DNA of 64,000 bases from Pseudomonadota bacterium (GCA_021784845.1 JAJYHH010000076.1:13374-77373), one strand, 5' to 3'. Shown: positions 49,816-59,700, counted from the stretch's first letter. A program made the numbers and translations. Notes: generated by a model not told the origin, from the letters alone.

Positions 49816-50829
49816 TCAGGTCTGCGTTTTTCTCTTTTTCCGCGCGGTGGAGGTGCTGGCGGCCGTCTGCCGCGCGGTTCCTTTGCCGAGGGCGGAGCGG
49901 GCCCCGGCTTGCGCCGCCTTGCCTGATTTATCGGGGCGCACATTCCCGCCTTTGGCGAACCCGGGCTTTGTCACCGTCGCCTCCTTCTTCCCCGCGGGCG
50001 TCGCCCGCGTTTTCTTCGGCTGCATTCGCATCGCGGTTTTGATCTGGTGATGGGCCGTTTCCCTCCGCCTGGTGCGGCGCGTCGTCGTGGTCTTCCTGGT
50101 GTCTGGCCATGCCGCAGTGGGGTCCATTTCGATGCCGAATACGTCGGCAAGGCAGGAATCCTCGAGCAGCTTACCCCGGGCGGGTGCCTGTGGGGTCTTG
50201 GCCGGCTGCCGTGCCGCCTCTGTTACCAGATCAGTGGCGTCCCTGCGGCGCAGCGTAAACAGGAGTTCCGGCTGGGCGTCCAGGCGCGCGCCCACGCCAT
50301 AAAGGGTGGCTGCGACATGTTTGCACATCGCGGCCCAATCCGGACAGGAACAGTGAAAGTGGATGTCTTTGGGCGCCGGAAACAGCCCCGTACCCGGCTG
50401 GCACAGGTGCTCCATAACCGCTTTCGGGAAATGGCCCTGTAACAACCCGACGAGCGAAGCGATGGAGCCGGCACATCCCTGCACCAGCGCGTTCCAGTGG
50501 GTATCGGACACGGCGGCAATGCCGATTTCGATCGTATACAGCTGTGAGCCCGCCACACGCGCGCGCACCGCCCCGGGCTCGATCGCGAGATCGATGACGG
50601 AGCCGTTGCGCGCATAAGTGCGCCCGCGCGGCAGGCGATTGGCGAAATCGCTGTAGGCTTCCAGGTTGTCGCACCAGGCCCTGCCCCAGAATGTCGTTGC
50701 GATGGCCCGGCCCGTGATGAGCACGGGCTGCATGGTCTGCCCCGCCTTTTTTGCCCTGGCTGCCGCTTTTTCTGCCTGCGCGCGCCGCTTGGCGACCGGC
50801 ACATAGGGTTTCCAGGATCCGTAACTCAT
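49816..50829 (-). CDS. SWIM zinc-finger protein with long basic C-terminal tail
   Basis: 337 aa. CxC-x6-CxH SWIM signature HFHCSCPDWAAMCKHVAATLY (50317-50352). The last 90 or so residues are K/R/T/A-rich. The start lies 3 nt after the SNF2 stop. Confidence 0.8.
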   Translation of the reverse strand: MSYGSWKPYVPVAKRRAQAEKAAARAKKAGQTMQPVLITGRAIATTFWGRAWCDNLEAYSDFANRLPRGRTYARNGSVIDLAIEPGAVRARVAGSQLYTIEIGIAAVSDTHWNALVQGCAGSIASLVGLLQGHFPKAVMEHLCQPGTGLFPAPKDIHFHCSCPDWAAMCKHVAATLYGVGARLDAQPELLFTLRRRDATDLVTEAARQPAKTPQAPARGKLLEDSCLADVFGIEMDPTAAWPDTRKTTTTRRTRRRETAHHQIKTAMRMQPKKTRATPAGKKEATVTKPGFAKGGNVRPDKSGKAAQAGARSALGKGTARQTAASTSTARKKRKTQT

Positions 50830-50832
50830 GCC

Positions 50833-53481
50833 TCATTCTCCGCTGGAGTGCACGTCGAGTCTGACCAGCTCGAGCAGTTGCGCGTCGCTCATTTCGGTCA
50901 GGTTGATTTCCGCTCCGCCTTCAAGGACATCCCTGGCCAGTTGCTGCTTGCCGCGGATCATTTCGTCGATGCGTTCCTCTATGGTGCCCCGGCAGATGAA
51001 CTTGTGGGCCAGCACATTGCGGTGCTGGCCGATGCGCCAGGCGCGGTCGGTGGCCTGATCTTCCACTGCGGGATTCCACCAGCGGTCGAAGTGGATGACA
51101 TGGGAAGCTGCGGTCAGGTTCAGACCGGTGCCACCGGCTTTGAGCGACAAAACGAAGAACGGGCATTGTTCGTCTTCCTGGAAGCGCCTGACGAGTTCGC
51201 GGCGCCGGCCCACCGGCGTGCTGCCATGCAGAACCAGGCCTTCACGCCCAAAGATCGTGCTGAGAAACGTGGCCAGCGGCGCGGTGGCGTCCTGAAACTG
51301 GGTAAATACCAGCAACTTCTCCTGTTTGGCGGCGATCGTGTCCGTAATTTCAGCCAGCCGCGCGAATTTGCCGCTGTCGCCGGGCATCCAGCCGCCGTCG
51401 CCAAGCCAATGGGACGGGTGGTTGCAGATCTGCTTTAGGCGCATCAAAAAGGCCAGAACCAGTCCTTTGCGCTCGATGCCCTTTGCTGTTTGCAGACGGG
51501 CGGCCAGTTCCTGTACGGTGTTTTCGTAGAGTACGGCCTGGACTGGACGCAAGGCGCACCATGCGGTCATTTCGGTTTTGTCCGGCAAATCGCCGATGAT
51601 GCGTTTATCGGTCTTCATGCGGCGCAGAATGTAGGGTTTGACGAGTGTCCGCAGGGGGCCAAAATGGCGCTGTTCGGTCATGTTCCTGGTGAAGCGGGCA
51701 AAATCCTTCTGCGATCCCAGCAGACCCGGATGGGTGAAATCGAAAAGCGACCAGAGATCGGAGAGACGGTTTTCCACGGGCGTGCCGGTGAGCGCAATGC
51801 GCGCCTGGGCCTGGAGCCGTTTGACGGCCCGGGTCTGCTTGGCGGAAGGATTCTTCAGCGCCTGCGCTTCGTCGGCCACGACCAGATACCAGCGCATCAT
51901 CAGCAGATTGGGCAGGCGCATCAGTGTGCCGTAACTGATGATGACCAGGTCGGTATCCGCCAGTCGCCCGGCGTCCAAAGCGCGCAGGTCTGCCTGCGGC
52001 ATCATGGACGGGTGGGCGACGAGACAGCGCAGGCTGGGGGTGAATCGCTGGGCCTCCTGTTGCCAGTTGGCCAACAGCGACGCCGGGGCCACCAGCAGGC
52101 TCGGCCGCTTGCGCTCGAGTGTGAGCAGCAGCGCCAGGACCTGTATGGTCTTGCCCAGTCCCATGTCGTCGGCAAGGCAGGCCCCCAGCCCCATGCGGGC
52201 AAGCAGGTGCAGCCAGCGCACTCCCGCCTGCTGGTAGGGGCGCAAAGTGGCCTTCAGTGCCGGGCCGGGCGTGACGGCCGCCAGTCCTTCCGGCGAGCGC
52301 AGTCCCTGGAGTATGCCCGCCAGCCAGTCGCCGGCGACCGTTTCCGACCAGTCGGGATCGGCCGGTACGACATCGTCAACCGCGGCACCGGCCAAAAGGC
52401 GCATGGCGGCCCCGAAGGGCAGGCCCTTTGCCGCCGCCTTTTTCATGTCCTGAAATCGTGCCAGGAGTTGCGCGAGCCGGTCGCGCTCAACCTCGACCCA
52501 TTGGCCGCGTATCCATTGTAGTCCGGCGGTGGCCGACAGCAGGGACTGGATTTCGGCAGGGGAGAGGGGCTGACCGTCGAGCGTGACCTCCATGCGGAAA
52601 TCCAGCAGGGTGTCCATGCCGAGCAGTGAAGGGTTCTTGCTGCCGACGGTGGCCTTTACCCTGGGCCGGGCAGGCCGGTCGGAGGCCCAGGTCCGCGGCA
52701 TCCGGACGATGATGCCGGCCTCTTGCAGGCGCGGAACATCCTTAAGAAAGCGCGCCGCCTCTCCAGCGCCCCAGCGCAAAGGGTGATAGATCTCGCCCTT
52801 GTTCACTATATCGGCCAGCCAGGCACAGTGTGTCGCCGCCTTGTGCACCGGCTGGAGCAAAGACAGCAACTGCGCTTTTTTGTTGCCACCGGAAAATTCC
52901 GCCATGGCCTGCGAAAGGGCCAGGTGCTGGGCCTTGCCGTGAGCCGACAGGCGGGATGTGTAGGTCGCAAGGAAGGCGAAAGGGGCATCGGGATCCTTGC
53001 GGTTTTCGGCCAGGTTGAAATGCACCCGTCCGATCTGGTCCCAGGCCGGATGTTTCGATCGCAGGAAATCCTGGAGCGGCCGGTTGTGCGCGGCCAGCTC
53101 GGCCTGCACGGCCGATTCGAGCGCAGACCAGAGCGCGAGGAGAGTTTCCGGTGTCAGGTATTCCGTGCCCGTGATGGGCGGGGCACCAAGGCACAGGGTC
53201 TCGAGCGTCAGCGCATCGGGCGCGGCGACGGCGATCCGGCCCGACTCCGGTATCGCCGTCAGTGCCGTGACATAGCGCGCCGCGAAGTCGCGCCAGAAGG
53301 ACCAGGGGGGCGGCAGCGCGGTGGCCACTTCCACTGCGCCCAGGTGCAGAAGGCCCTGTCCCGTGCCGTGCGAAAAGGCCGTGATCAGCCGCCCGGCCAA
53401 TGCATCGGAAAGGGGCACCGCGTCCGGTTCCGGCTCGCACTGGAGATGACCTTTGGGGGTAAGACGCAGGGCACAATTCAT
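50833..53481 (-). CDS. SNF2-family helicase/translocase with about 400-aa N-terminal 'SNF2-associated' region
   Basis: 882 aa. Motif I LADDMGLGKT, motif II DEAQALKN, TGTPVEN, and helicase-C KAGGTGLNLT...HFDRWWNPAVEDQATDRAWRIGQ. The N-terminal half has no catalytic motif I recognise. Confidence 0.88.
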   Translation of the reverse strand: MNCALRLTPKGHLQCEPEPDAVPLSDALAGRLITAFSHGTGQGLLHLGAVEVATALPPPWSFWRDFAARYVTALTAIPESGRIAVAAPDALTLETLCLGAPPITGTEYLTPETLLALWSALESAVQAELAAHNRPLQDFLRSKHPAWDQIGRVHFNLAENRKDPDAPFAFLATYTSRLSAHGKAQHLALSQAMAEFSGGNKKAQLLSLLQPVHKAATHCAWLADIVNKGEIYHPLRWGAGEAARFLKDVPRLQEAGIIVRMPRTWASDRPARPRVKATVGSKNPSLLGMDTLLDFRMEVTLDGQPLSPAEIQSLLSATAGLQWIRGQWVEVERDRLAQLLARFQDMKKAAAKGLPFGAAMRLLAGAAVDDVVPADPDWSETVAGDWLAGILQGLRSPEGLAAVTPGPALKATLRPYQQAGVRWLHLLARMGLGACLADDMGLGKTIQVLALLLTLERKRPSLLVAPASLLANWQQEAQRFTPSLRCLVAHPSMMPQADLRALDAGRLADTDLVIISYGTLMRLPNLLMMRWYLVVADEAQALKNPSAKQTRAVKRLQAQARIALTGTPVENRLSDLWSLFDFTHPGLLGSQKDFARFTRNMTEQRHFGPLRTLVKPYILRRMKTDKRIIGDLPDKTEMTAWCALRPVQAVLYENTVQELAARLQTAKGIERKGLVLAFLMRLKQICNHPSHWLGDGGWMPGDSGKFARLAEITDTIAAKQEKLLVFTQFQDATAPLATFLSTIFGREGLVLHGSTPVGRRRELVRRFQEDEQCPFFVLSLKAGGTGLNLTAASHVIHFDRWWNPAVEDQATDRAWRIGQHRNVLAHKFICRGTIEERIDEMIRGKQQLARDVLEGGAEINLTEMSDAQLLELVRLDVHSSGE

Positions 53482-53616
53482 AGCCTGTGGGCACCGCCCG
53501 GATGCCCGACTGGCCCTGTCAGGGACACGTCGCGAAGAAGTTGGTGGCGCCTGGCCCGGGACGGCCGGGCACGGGCGTCGATGGCCAGCCTGCGCCGCAT
53601 TCCGGGACCCCGCCCT

Positions 53617-54204
53617 CTACCGGGACAAAGTGTGCGGCTGCAGGGTGCCTTCGCCGTGATAGCGCGTGACCAGAACCAGAACGCCGAATTTCGGGTTATC
53701 AAAGTAGTTGACGCGATTCAGCGCCACTGGCCGGTTTTGGATGAGACGAAAAACCGGTGCATTCGTGCCGCCGAGAAGGCCCTCATGGTGGTAGCGCAGA
53801 TCCAGGGAAACGTGCAAAAGCCGCCACTGGAAGACGCGGACGACGCCGTTCAGATGGCCATTGTGGCGGCTCTTGATGCGAACTGCCCGCGTTTTGCGCA
53901 GGGTCACGGCATTTTGCACCCAGCTGCGCGCCGCAAGGACGGTATAGCGGGGGTGACCGGTGAGGCGTTCTTCGGCGGCCAGAAGCGGCGATCCCGGTGG
54001 CAGGCCATGGCTTGGATCGAGGGCATGATGCAGACCGCGAATGACAGGATTGGGATCCTGCTCCCACTGTTCGCCCCCGTCCAGGTGATGGATATGATTG
54101 GCAAAGACCAGAACCTGGACTTCGTACAGGGCTGGTGCCCCCGATGCGGCCAGCGCGGGCAGGGGCAGGAGGATGGCAATCAGAAACGCGAAGATACGAC
54201 GCAA
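53617..54204 (-). CDS. Secreted protein, CsiV/DUF2803-like (peptidoglycan-binding family)
   Basis: 195 aa with signal peptide [30 protein letters not shown] near the N-terminus and [14 protein letters not shown] near the C-terminus resemble the CsiV family, recalled from Vibrio, where it also neighbours mfd. Confidence 0.5.
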   Translation of the reverse strand: MRRIFAFLIAILLPLPALAASGAPALYEVQVLVFANHIHHLDGGEQWEQDPNPVIRGLHHALDPSHGLPPGSPLLAAEERLTGHPRYTVLAARSWVQNAVTLRKTRAVRIKSRHNGHLNGVVRVFQWRLLHVSLDLRYHHEGLLGGTNAPVFRLIQNRPVALNRVNYFDNPKFGVLVLVTRYHGEGTLQPHTLSR

Positions 54205-54266
54205 GGGGGTGCCTCCTTTGGTACAATGGGCCTAGTATGGCGGGGGATGCCAGTGGGGGTAAAGTC

Positions 54267-54800
54267 ATGGCGGTGAAAGCGGTGCGACGTATGGGAGACC
54301 CTGTGTTGCTGGCGCGCGCACAGCCGGTCGAGAAGATTCCGTCGCCGGCACTCGATGCGCTCATCCAGGACATGCAAGACACCATGACGGCCCTCGATGG
54401 TGCCGGTCTTGCGGCGCCCCAGATCGGTGTGCCGCTGCGTGTCGTGATTTTCGGTGTCCAGGCCAATCCGCGTTATCCGCAGGTCGGGGAAGTGCCCCTG
54501 ACCATTCTCATAAACCCTCTCATCGACGTTTTGTCCGCAGACGAAGAGGAAGACTGGGAAGGGTGCCTGAGTGTGCCGGGGATGCGCGGCCTGGTGCCCC
54601 GTTATCGCCATATACGGTATCGGGGTCTCGACGCCGCAGGTCAGCCGATCGACCGCGAAGTCACAGGCTTTCATGCCCGTGTGGTTCAGCATGAGTGTGA
54701 TCATCTGGATGGAATCCTCTACCCGATGCGCATGCGCGATCTGCGCCATTTCGGTTATGAGACCATTCTTTTTCCCGACGGTGTCGGCGCGCCTGACTGA
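54267..54800 (+). CDS. def: Peptide deformylase
   Basis: [18 protein letters not shown] and HECDHLDG metal-binding motifs. The ATG at 54267 is chosen; 54237 is an alternative. Confidence 0.93.
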   Translation: MAVKAVRRMGDPVLLARAQPVEKIPSPALDALIQDMQDTMTALDGAGLAAPQIGVPLRVVIFGVQANPRYPQVGEVPLTILINPLIDVLSADEEEDWEGCLSVPGMRGLVPRYRHIRYRGLDAAGQPIDREVTGFHARVVQHECDHLDGILYPMRMRDLRHFGYETILFPDGVGAPD

Positions 54801-54803
54801 CGC

Positions 54804-54825
54804 GCCCGGCGCCGGGCCTTTTCTG
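54804..54825 (+). terminator. Weak hairpin plus T-tract after def
   Basis: GCCCGGCGCCGGGC palindrome followed by CTTTTCTG, in the 58-nt convergent gap between def and mfd. Confidence 0.35.
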
Positions 54826-54858
54826 CCTCGAAGTCCCGCCGGTCCGTGCCTGCCGGCA

Positions 54859-57800
54859 TCAGCGTTTGCCGGCCCGCGCCGGCACCGGGTCGATCAGCCC
54901 CCCAAGCAGGTCCGTCAGGGCGCGGATGCGGACGTCCGCATCCGTCCATTCGCCACTTACCCGGAGCCCTTGGGGACCGTCTAGGCGAAACTGTCGCGGA
55001 TTGGACTGGATCAACTGGATCAGGGTCCCGGGGTCGACGTTGGGTCGGGCTGTAAACTCGATGCGGGCGCCCTTGGGGCCTGCATCAATGCGCGCGACAC
55101 CCAGCGCACGTGCCTGGTGGCGTAACCGCGCGATGGCGAACAGGCGGGCTGCGGGCTTAGGGGGCGCCCCGAAACGATCCGCCAGTTCGGCAGCCAGATC
55201 GTCGAGCTGGGCGGGACTTGCGGCGCTGGATATCCGTTTGTAGAAGACAAGCCGTGTATGCGGGTCATTGCAGTAATCATCAGGCAGCAGCGCCGGTACA
55301 TGCAGATCCATGTCCGTTGCGCGCGCAAGCGTCGGCGCGTCCTCCAGGGTTCCCCCGGCCTTCAGTGTGGCGACGGCCCGCTCCAGCAGCTCACCATAGA
55401 GCGTAAAACCCACCTCATCGATCTGGCCGCTTTGTGATTCACCGAGCAATTCGCCCGCGCCGCGGATTTCGAGATCCTGGGAGGCAAGGGCAAATCCGGC
55501 ACCCAGATCCTCCAGGGAGGCGATGGCATCCAGGCGTTTGCGGGCGTCGCCTGCCAGAGTGGCGCCCTCGGGCGTGAGCAGATAGGCGTAGGCACGGTGA
55601 TGCGAGCGCCCCACGCGTCCGCGCAGCTGATGCAGTTGCGCCAATCCGAGGCGATCGGCCCGCTCGATGATGATGGTGTTGGCTGTCGGTACATCGATGC
55701 CCGTTTCGATGATCGTGCTGCACAAAAGCATGTGGAAGCGCTGATGGTAGAAGTCCAGCATCACGCGCTCCAGGTCGCGCTCGGGCATCTGCCCGTGGGC
55801 GATGCGTATGTCGGCTTCCGGGATCAGGTCATGCAGACTCTGTTCGCGCCTCTCCATCGTACGCACGTCATTGTGCAGGAAATAGACCTGGCCACCGCGG
55901 CGCATTTCGCGCAGGCACGCCTCGCGAATGAGCGCATCCTGCCAGCTGGTGACGAAGGTCTTGATGGACAGGCGATCCTGCGGGGGTGTGCCGATCAGCG
56001 ATACGTCACGCAGTCCTGCCATGGCCATGTTGAGAGTGCGCGGCAGCGGTGTGGCGGTGAGAGTCAGAACGTCGACGTGCGCGCGCAGCGCCTTCATCCG
56101 CTCCTTCTGGCGGACACCAAACCGGTGCTCCTCGTCGATGATGACAAGACCGAGGGCCTTGAAGCGCACATCATCCTGCAGGAGCCGGTGTGTGCCGATG
56201 ATGATGTCAACCTGTCCGGCGGCGAGCCGCTGCAGGGTCTGCGCGATGTCCGTTTTGGTGCGGAACCGCGACAGCAGCTCGATTTCAACGGGCAGGTCCG
56301 CGAAGCGGTCACGGAAGTTCTGGTAGTGCTGCTGGGCGAGCAGCGTGGTTGGCACGAGCACGGCAACCTGGCGATGGTCGTGGACAGCCAGGAACGCCGC
56401 GCGCATGGCCACTTCGGTCTTGCCAAAGCCGACGTCGCCGCACACCAGGCGATCCATCGGCCGCGGCGCCTCCATGTCGGTCAGAACCTCGTGGATGACG
56501 CGGGTCTGGTCGGGTGTTTCCTCGAACGGAAAGGCGCTGGCGAAGCGCTCGTAGTCGGCGTCGCGGGATGCAAAGGCATGCCCGGGGCGTGCTGCCCGGC
56601 GGGCGTAGATTTCCAGAAGTTCTGCGGCTGCATCATGCGCCTTTTCCTGTGCGCGTCTTTTGGCCTTGTCCCAGGAATCCCCGCCCAGCTTGTGCAGCGG
56701 GGCGTGGTCGGGATTTGTGCCTGTGTAGCGAGTGACCAGATGCAGATCCGTCACCGGCAAATACAGCTTGTCGCCGTCTGCGTATTCCAGGGCGAGGAAT
56801 TCGCTTTCCTGGTCGCCTACGCGCAACCGCACCAGACCGAGATAGCGGCCGACGCCATGATCCTCGTGGACCACTGCATCGCCGGTTTGAAGCTCGCTCA
56901 AGCCCTTCAGGACGGCTTGCTGGTCGCGCACTTTCATGCGCCGGCGACGCTGCTGGGCCCGCTCGCCGTAAAGTTGCGACTCGACGATGACGCTGATGTG
57001 CGGATCGCTCATCTCCAGGCCCTGATCGAGCGGCGCAGACAGCAGGCCAAGCGGCTCTTTGGACGCCATGAATGAGGCCCAGTCGTCGAACGCCCGCGGC
57101 ATCAGTCCATGCTGGCCAAGCAGGCTGCGCAGGGCTTCCCGGCGTCCGGCTGTTTCGGCGACGAGGAGCGCCCGGCCGGTGTGACCGCGCAGGTACTCGA
57201 TCAGCGCCTGGCCGTGCGCCTGGCCGCGCGCGTCGAGCGGCAAAGCGGGAGGGGGAGACGACAGGAAGGGGCGCACCACGCCGGCGCCAGTCGCACCGAC
57301 ATGGATGTGTCCGAAGGCCGTGAGCCGCTGCTCGAGTTCGCCCGCATCGAGAAAGAGCCGTGCCGGCGGCAGGGCCGGACGCTCGATGTTGGCGCGGCAC
57401 GCTTCATAGCGCTCGGCGGCTTCCGTCACGAATTCTGCTGCCTTGTTGCGGGCATCATCGAGGAACACCACTGTGGCCTGCGCGGGCAGATAGTCGAAGA
57501 ATGTCGCCATCTCCGCGAAAAAAAGCGGGAGGTAATACTCGATGCCCGGCGGGGAAAGGCCTGCGCTCACATCACGGTAGACGAGGCTTGCCCGCGGGTC
57601 GCCGGCAAAGGCGGCGCGGTACGCGGCGCGAAAGGCCGAGATGGCCTCGTCGGTCAGGGGGTGTTCCCGTGCCGGCAGCACCCGGATTTCGTTGACGCGC
57701 GTCTCGGAGCGCTGGGTATCGGGATCGAAGGTGCGCATCGATTCAATCACATCGTCAAACAGGTCGAGACGGAAAGCGGCCTGTTCGCCCATGGGATAGA

Positions 57801-58338
57801 CATCGATGATGCCCCCGCGCACGGCGAACTCCCCCGGTTCACTGACCTGGCCGACGGCGCGGTAGGCGCCGCGCACGAGACGTTCACGGAAGGTCCCGAT
57901 GTCCACCCGGTCGCCGGCATGCAACAGGAAGCTGTGGCCTAGCAGGTGGTCGCTCGGGGGCAGCCTGTGCATCAGTGTCGAGGCGGCCAAAAGCACAGTC
58001 CCGTGTGTCAGATGCGGGAGCGCCGCCAGCGTGGACAGGCGGCCCGAGATGATGTCGGGATGGGGAGAAAAGGCATCATAGGGCAGACACTCCCAGTCCG
58101 GAAAGGTCAGGACCGGGGGGCCGTTTGCGCCCAGATAAAAGCGCAGTTCATCTTCCAGGCGTTCGCGTCCGCGGACATCGGGGGTGACGATCACAAGGAG
58201 TCGGCCCGCACGCGCCGACTCGGCGAGCGCGAGGCTGCGGGCGCCCGCGTGGAGATCGCTCCACTGCTCGTGCCGACTGGGATTTGGGGGTGCCGAGGGG
58301 GAATAGCGCAGCCCTGGCTGAAGGTTCTGTATAGTCAT
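54859..58338 (-). CDS. mfd: Transcription-repair coupling factor
   Basis: About 1159 aa from the ATG at 58338 (MTIQNLQPG). UvrB-homology N-terminus, a CarD-like RNAP-interacting domain (VVHEDHGVGRYLGL), and helicase motifs GDVGFGKTEV and DEEHRFGV. Confidence 0.96.
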   Translation of the reverse strand: MTIQNLQPGLRYSPSAPPNPSRHEQWSDLHAGARSLALAESARAGRLLVIVTPDVRGRERLEDELRFYLGANGPPVLTFPDWECLPYDAFSPHPDIISGRLSTLAALPHLTHGTVLLAASTLMHRLPPSDHLLGHSFLLHAGDRVDIGTFRERLVRGAYRAVGQVSEPGEFAVRGGIIDVYPMGEQAAFRLDLFDDVIESMRTFDPDTQRSETRVNEIRVLPAREHPLTDEAISAFRAAYRAAFAGDPRASLVYRDVSAGLSPPGIEYYLPLFFAEMATFFDYLPAQATVVFLDDARNKAAEFVTEAAERYEACRANIERPALPPARLFLDAGELEQRLTAFGHIHVGATGAGVVRPFLSSPPPALPLDARGQAHGQALIEYLRGHTGRALLVAETAGRREALRSLLGQHGLMPRAFDDWASFMASKEPLGLLSAPLDQGLEMSDPHISVIVESQLYGERAQQRRRRMKVRDQQAVLKGLSELQTGDAVVHEDHGVGRYLGLVRLRVGDQESEFLALEYADGDKLYLPVTDLHLVTRYTGTNPDHAPLHKLGGDSWDKAKRRAQEKAHDAAAELLEIYARRAARPGHAFASRDADYERFASAFPFEETPDQTRVIHEVLTDMEAPRPMDRLVCGDVGFGKTEVAMRAAFLAVHDHRQVAVLVPTTLLAQQHYQNFRDRFADLPVEIELLSRFRTKTDIAQTLQRLAAGQVDIIIGTHRLLQDDVRFKALGLVIIDEEHRFGVRQKERMKALRAHVDVLTLTATPLPRTLNMAMAGLRDVSLIGTPPQDRLSIKTFVTSWQDALIREACLREMRRGGQVYFLHNDVRTMERREQSLHDLIPEADIRIAHGQMPERDLERVMLDFYHQRFHMLLCSTIIETGIDVPTANTIIIERADRLGLAQLHQLRGRVGRSHHRAYAYLLTPEGATLAGDARKRLDAIASLEDLGAGFALASQDLEIRGAGELLGESQSGQIDEVGFTLYGELLERAVATLKAGGTLEDAPTLARATDMDLHVPALLPDDYCNDPHTRLVFYKRISSAASPAQLDDLAAELADRFGAPPKPAARLFAIARLRHQARALGVARIDAGPKGARIEFTARPNVDPGTLIQLIQSNPRQFRLDGPQGLRVSGEWTDADVRIRALTDLLGGLIDPVPARAGKR

Positions 58339-58469
58339 CGACCGGCGGCATTTTAATCGAATATGGAGTTTTTGGCATCGTGCTGCATTGTCGGGGGTCT
58401 CATCCGTGGGCATAATGCCGCTGTCGCGGGGTTGTTCCCGGTCCCCGATGGCAAGCGGGAGGAGAAGTC

Positions 58470-58973
58470 ATGAAAAAATGCGATTTCACGGTCGGGGATT
58501 ACGTCTTTTATCCGACTGCCGGTGTGGGCGTCCTGGAGGCCGTGGAGGCCCTGTTTTTTGGTGGCGAGCGCCAGGAGTATTACATCATCCGGGTCTCGGA
58601 CAACGCCGTCACGATCAAGGTCCCCAAGCAGAATGCCGAGCGCAACGGTCTGCGCCCGCTTTTGCCAAGCCGCCGGCTGAAGGAGCTGTTCCGGGTGCTT
58701 GGCGAGAAGGAGTCGGAGCGCCCCAGCGGGCACTGGGCCGATCACTACAAGGAACTCGAGCGGCGCATCCAGAGCGGCTGCTGCCTGCAGATCGGCGCGG
58801 TGGTACGCGATTTGCTGCGCCTGAAGGCCGGTAATGGCCTGTCTTTCGAAGAAACCCGGCTTTTGGCAACCGCTACGGGGTACCTGACCCATGAGGTTGC
58901 CGCAATCGAAGGGATCGGCCTCGATGCGGCTGCGGCGCGCATCCGGGAGACGGTATCGGGCAGGGTGGCCTGA
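58470..58973 (+). CDS. carD: CarD/CdnL family RNA polymerase-binding transcriptional regulator
   Basis: 167 aa. FTVGDYVFYPTAGVGVLEAVE...YYIIRV...TIKVP is the CarD_TRCF N-terminal domain. GGGAGGAG SD. Confidence 0.85.
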   Translation: MKKCDFTVGDYVFYPTAGVGVLEAVEALFFGGERQEYYIIRVSDNAVTIKVPKQNAERNGLRPLLPSRRLKELFRVLGEKESERPSGHWADHYKELERRIQSGCCLQIGAVVRDLLRLKAGNGLSFEETRLLATATGYLTHEVAAIEGIGLDAAAARIRETVSGRVA

Positions 58974-58974
58974 T

Positions 58975-59700
58975 GTGAGCAGGCTGTGGGTGATAGTGCC
59001 GGCGGCGGGACGCGGCACCCGCTTTGGCGGTGAGTGCCCCAAGCAGTATTTGCCGCTGGCTGGCGAGACGGTTTTGGCCCAGACGCTGCGGCGTCTCGAC
59101 GGGGCGGGGGCCCTGGCCATTCTCGTCGGCACCGCTGACGGCAATCTGGCCATGGCGTCGTCCTTGTCACTCAAAACGCCGCTGCGTGGGTTTTCCGGGG
59201 GGGCTGAGCGGGCTCTGACCGTGCTGAATGGCCTGCGGGCGCTCGCCACAGAGGCGCACGCTGATGATCTGGTTGCTGTCCACGATGCCGCGCGCCCCTG
59301 CCTGCGCCTTGCCGACTGTCTGTCGGTTGTCGCGGCGGCGGCGGCGTGTCCGGCCGGTGCGCTGCTTGCCCGCCCGGTGGCGGACACGGTCAAGCGCGCC
59401 GATGAGGCCGGTTGCGTGGCGGCCACGACGGATCGGCGCGGCTTGTGGCTTGCCCAGACGCCGCAGGTCTTCGCCTATGACCGGCTAAAGACGGCGCTCG
59501 AGGAGGGTGTGGCGGCGCAGGCTGCTCTCACCGACGAGGCCTCGGCCGTCGAGCGTCTGGGCGACTGCCCGCGACTGGTCATGGGGCACGCCGACAACAT
59601 CAAGATTACGCTGCCCGAAGATCTCCGCATGGCGGAGCTCTATCTGGCGGCCCAAGCTGAGGAAGAGACACTTCGACATGCGGATAGGACACGGTTTTGA
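58975..59700 (+). CDS. ispD: 2-C-methyl-D-erythritol 4-phosphate cytidylyltransferase
   Basis: The GTG at 58975, 1 nt after the carD stop, opens [32 protein letters not shown] motif. Confidence 0.9.
   Translation: MSRLWVIVPAAGRGTRFGGECPKQYLPLAGETVLAQTLRRLDGAGALAILVGTADGNLAMASSLSLKTPLRGFSGGAERALTVLNGLRALATEAHADDLVAVHDAARPCLRLADCLSVVAAAAACPAGALLARPVADTVKRADEAGCVAATTDRRGLWLAQTPQVFAYDRLKTALEEGVAAQAALTDEASAVERLGDCPRLVMGHADNIKITLPEDLRMAELYLAAQAEEETLRHADRTRF

Noticed and set aside
52723-54276. 517-aa plus-strand ORF spanning the SNF2 5' region, the spacer and the CsiV-like gene
   Set aside because: It is antisense to two minus-strand genes with clear features (SNF2 motifs, signal peptide). Its translation has no motif and a very high Arg/Gly content.
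55597-57075. 492-aa ORF antisense to mfd (also 45300-46724, 39732-40928, 28337-29650, 27991-29025, 15438-16610 and 20806-22062, each antisense to a real gene)
   Set aside because: All are embedded in confidently identified genes on the opposite strand and show the compositional signature of GC-rich antisense frames.
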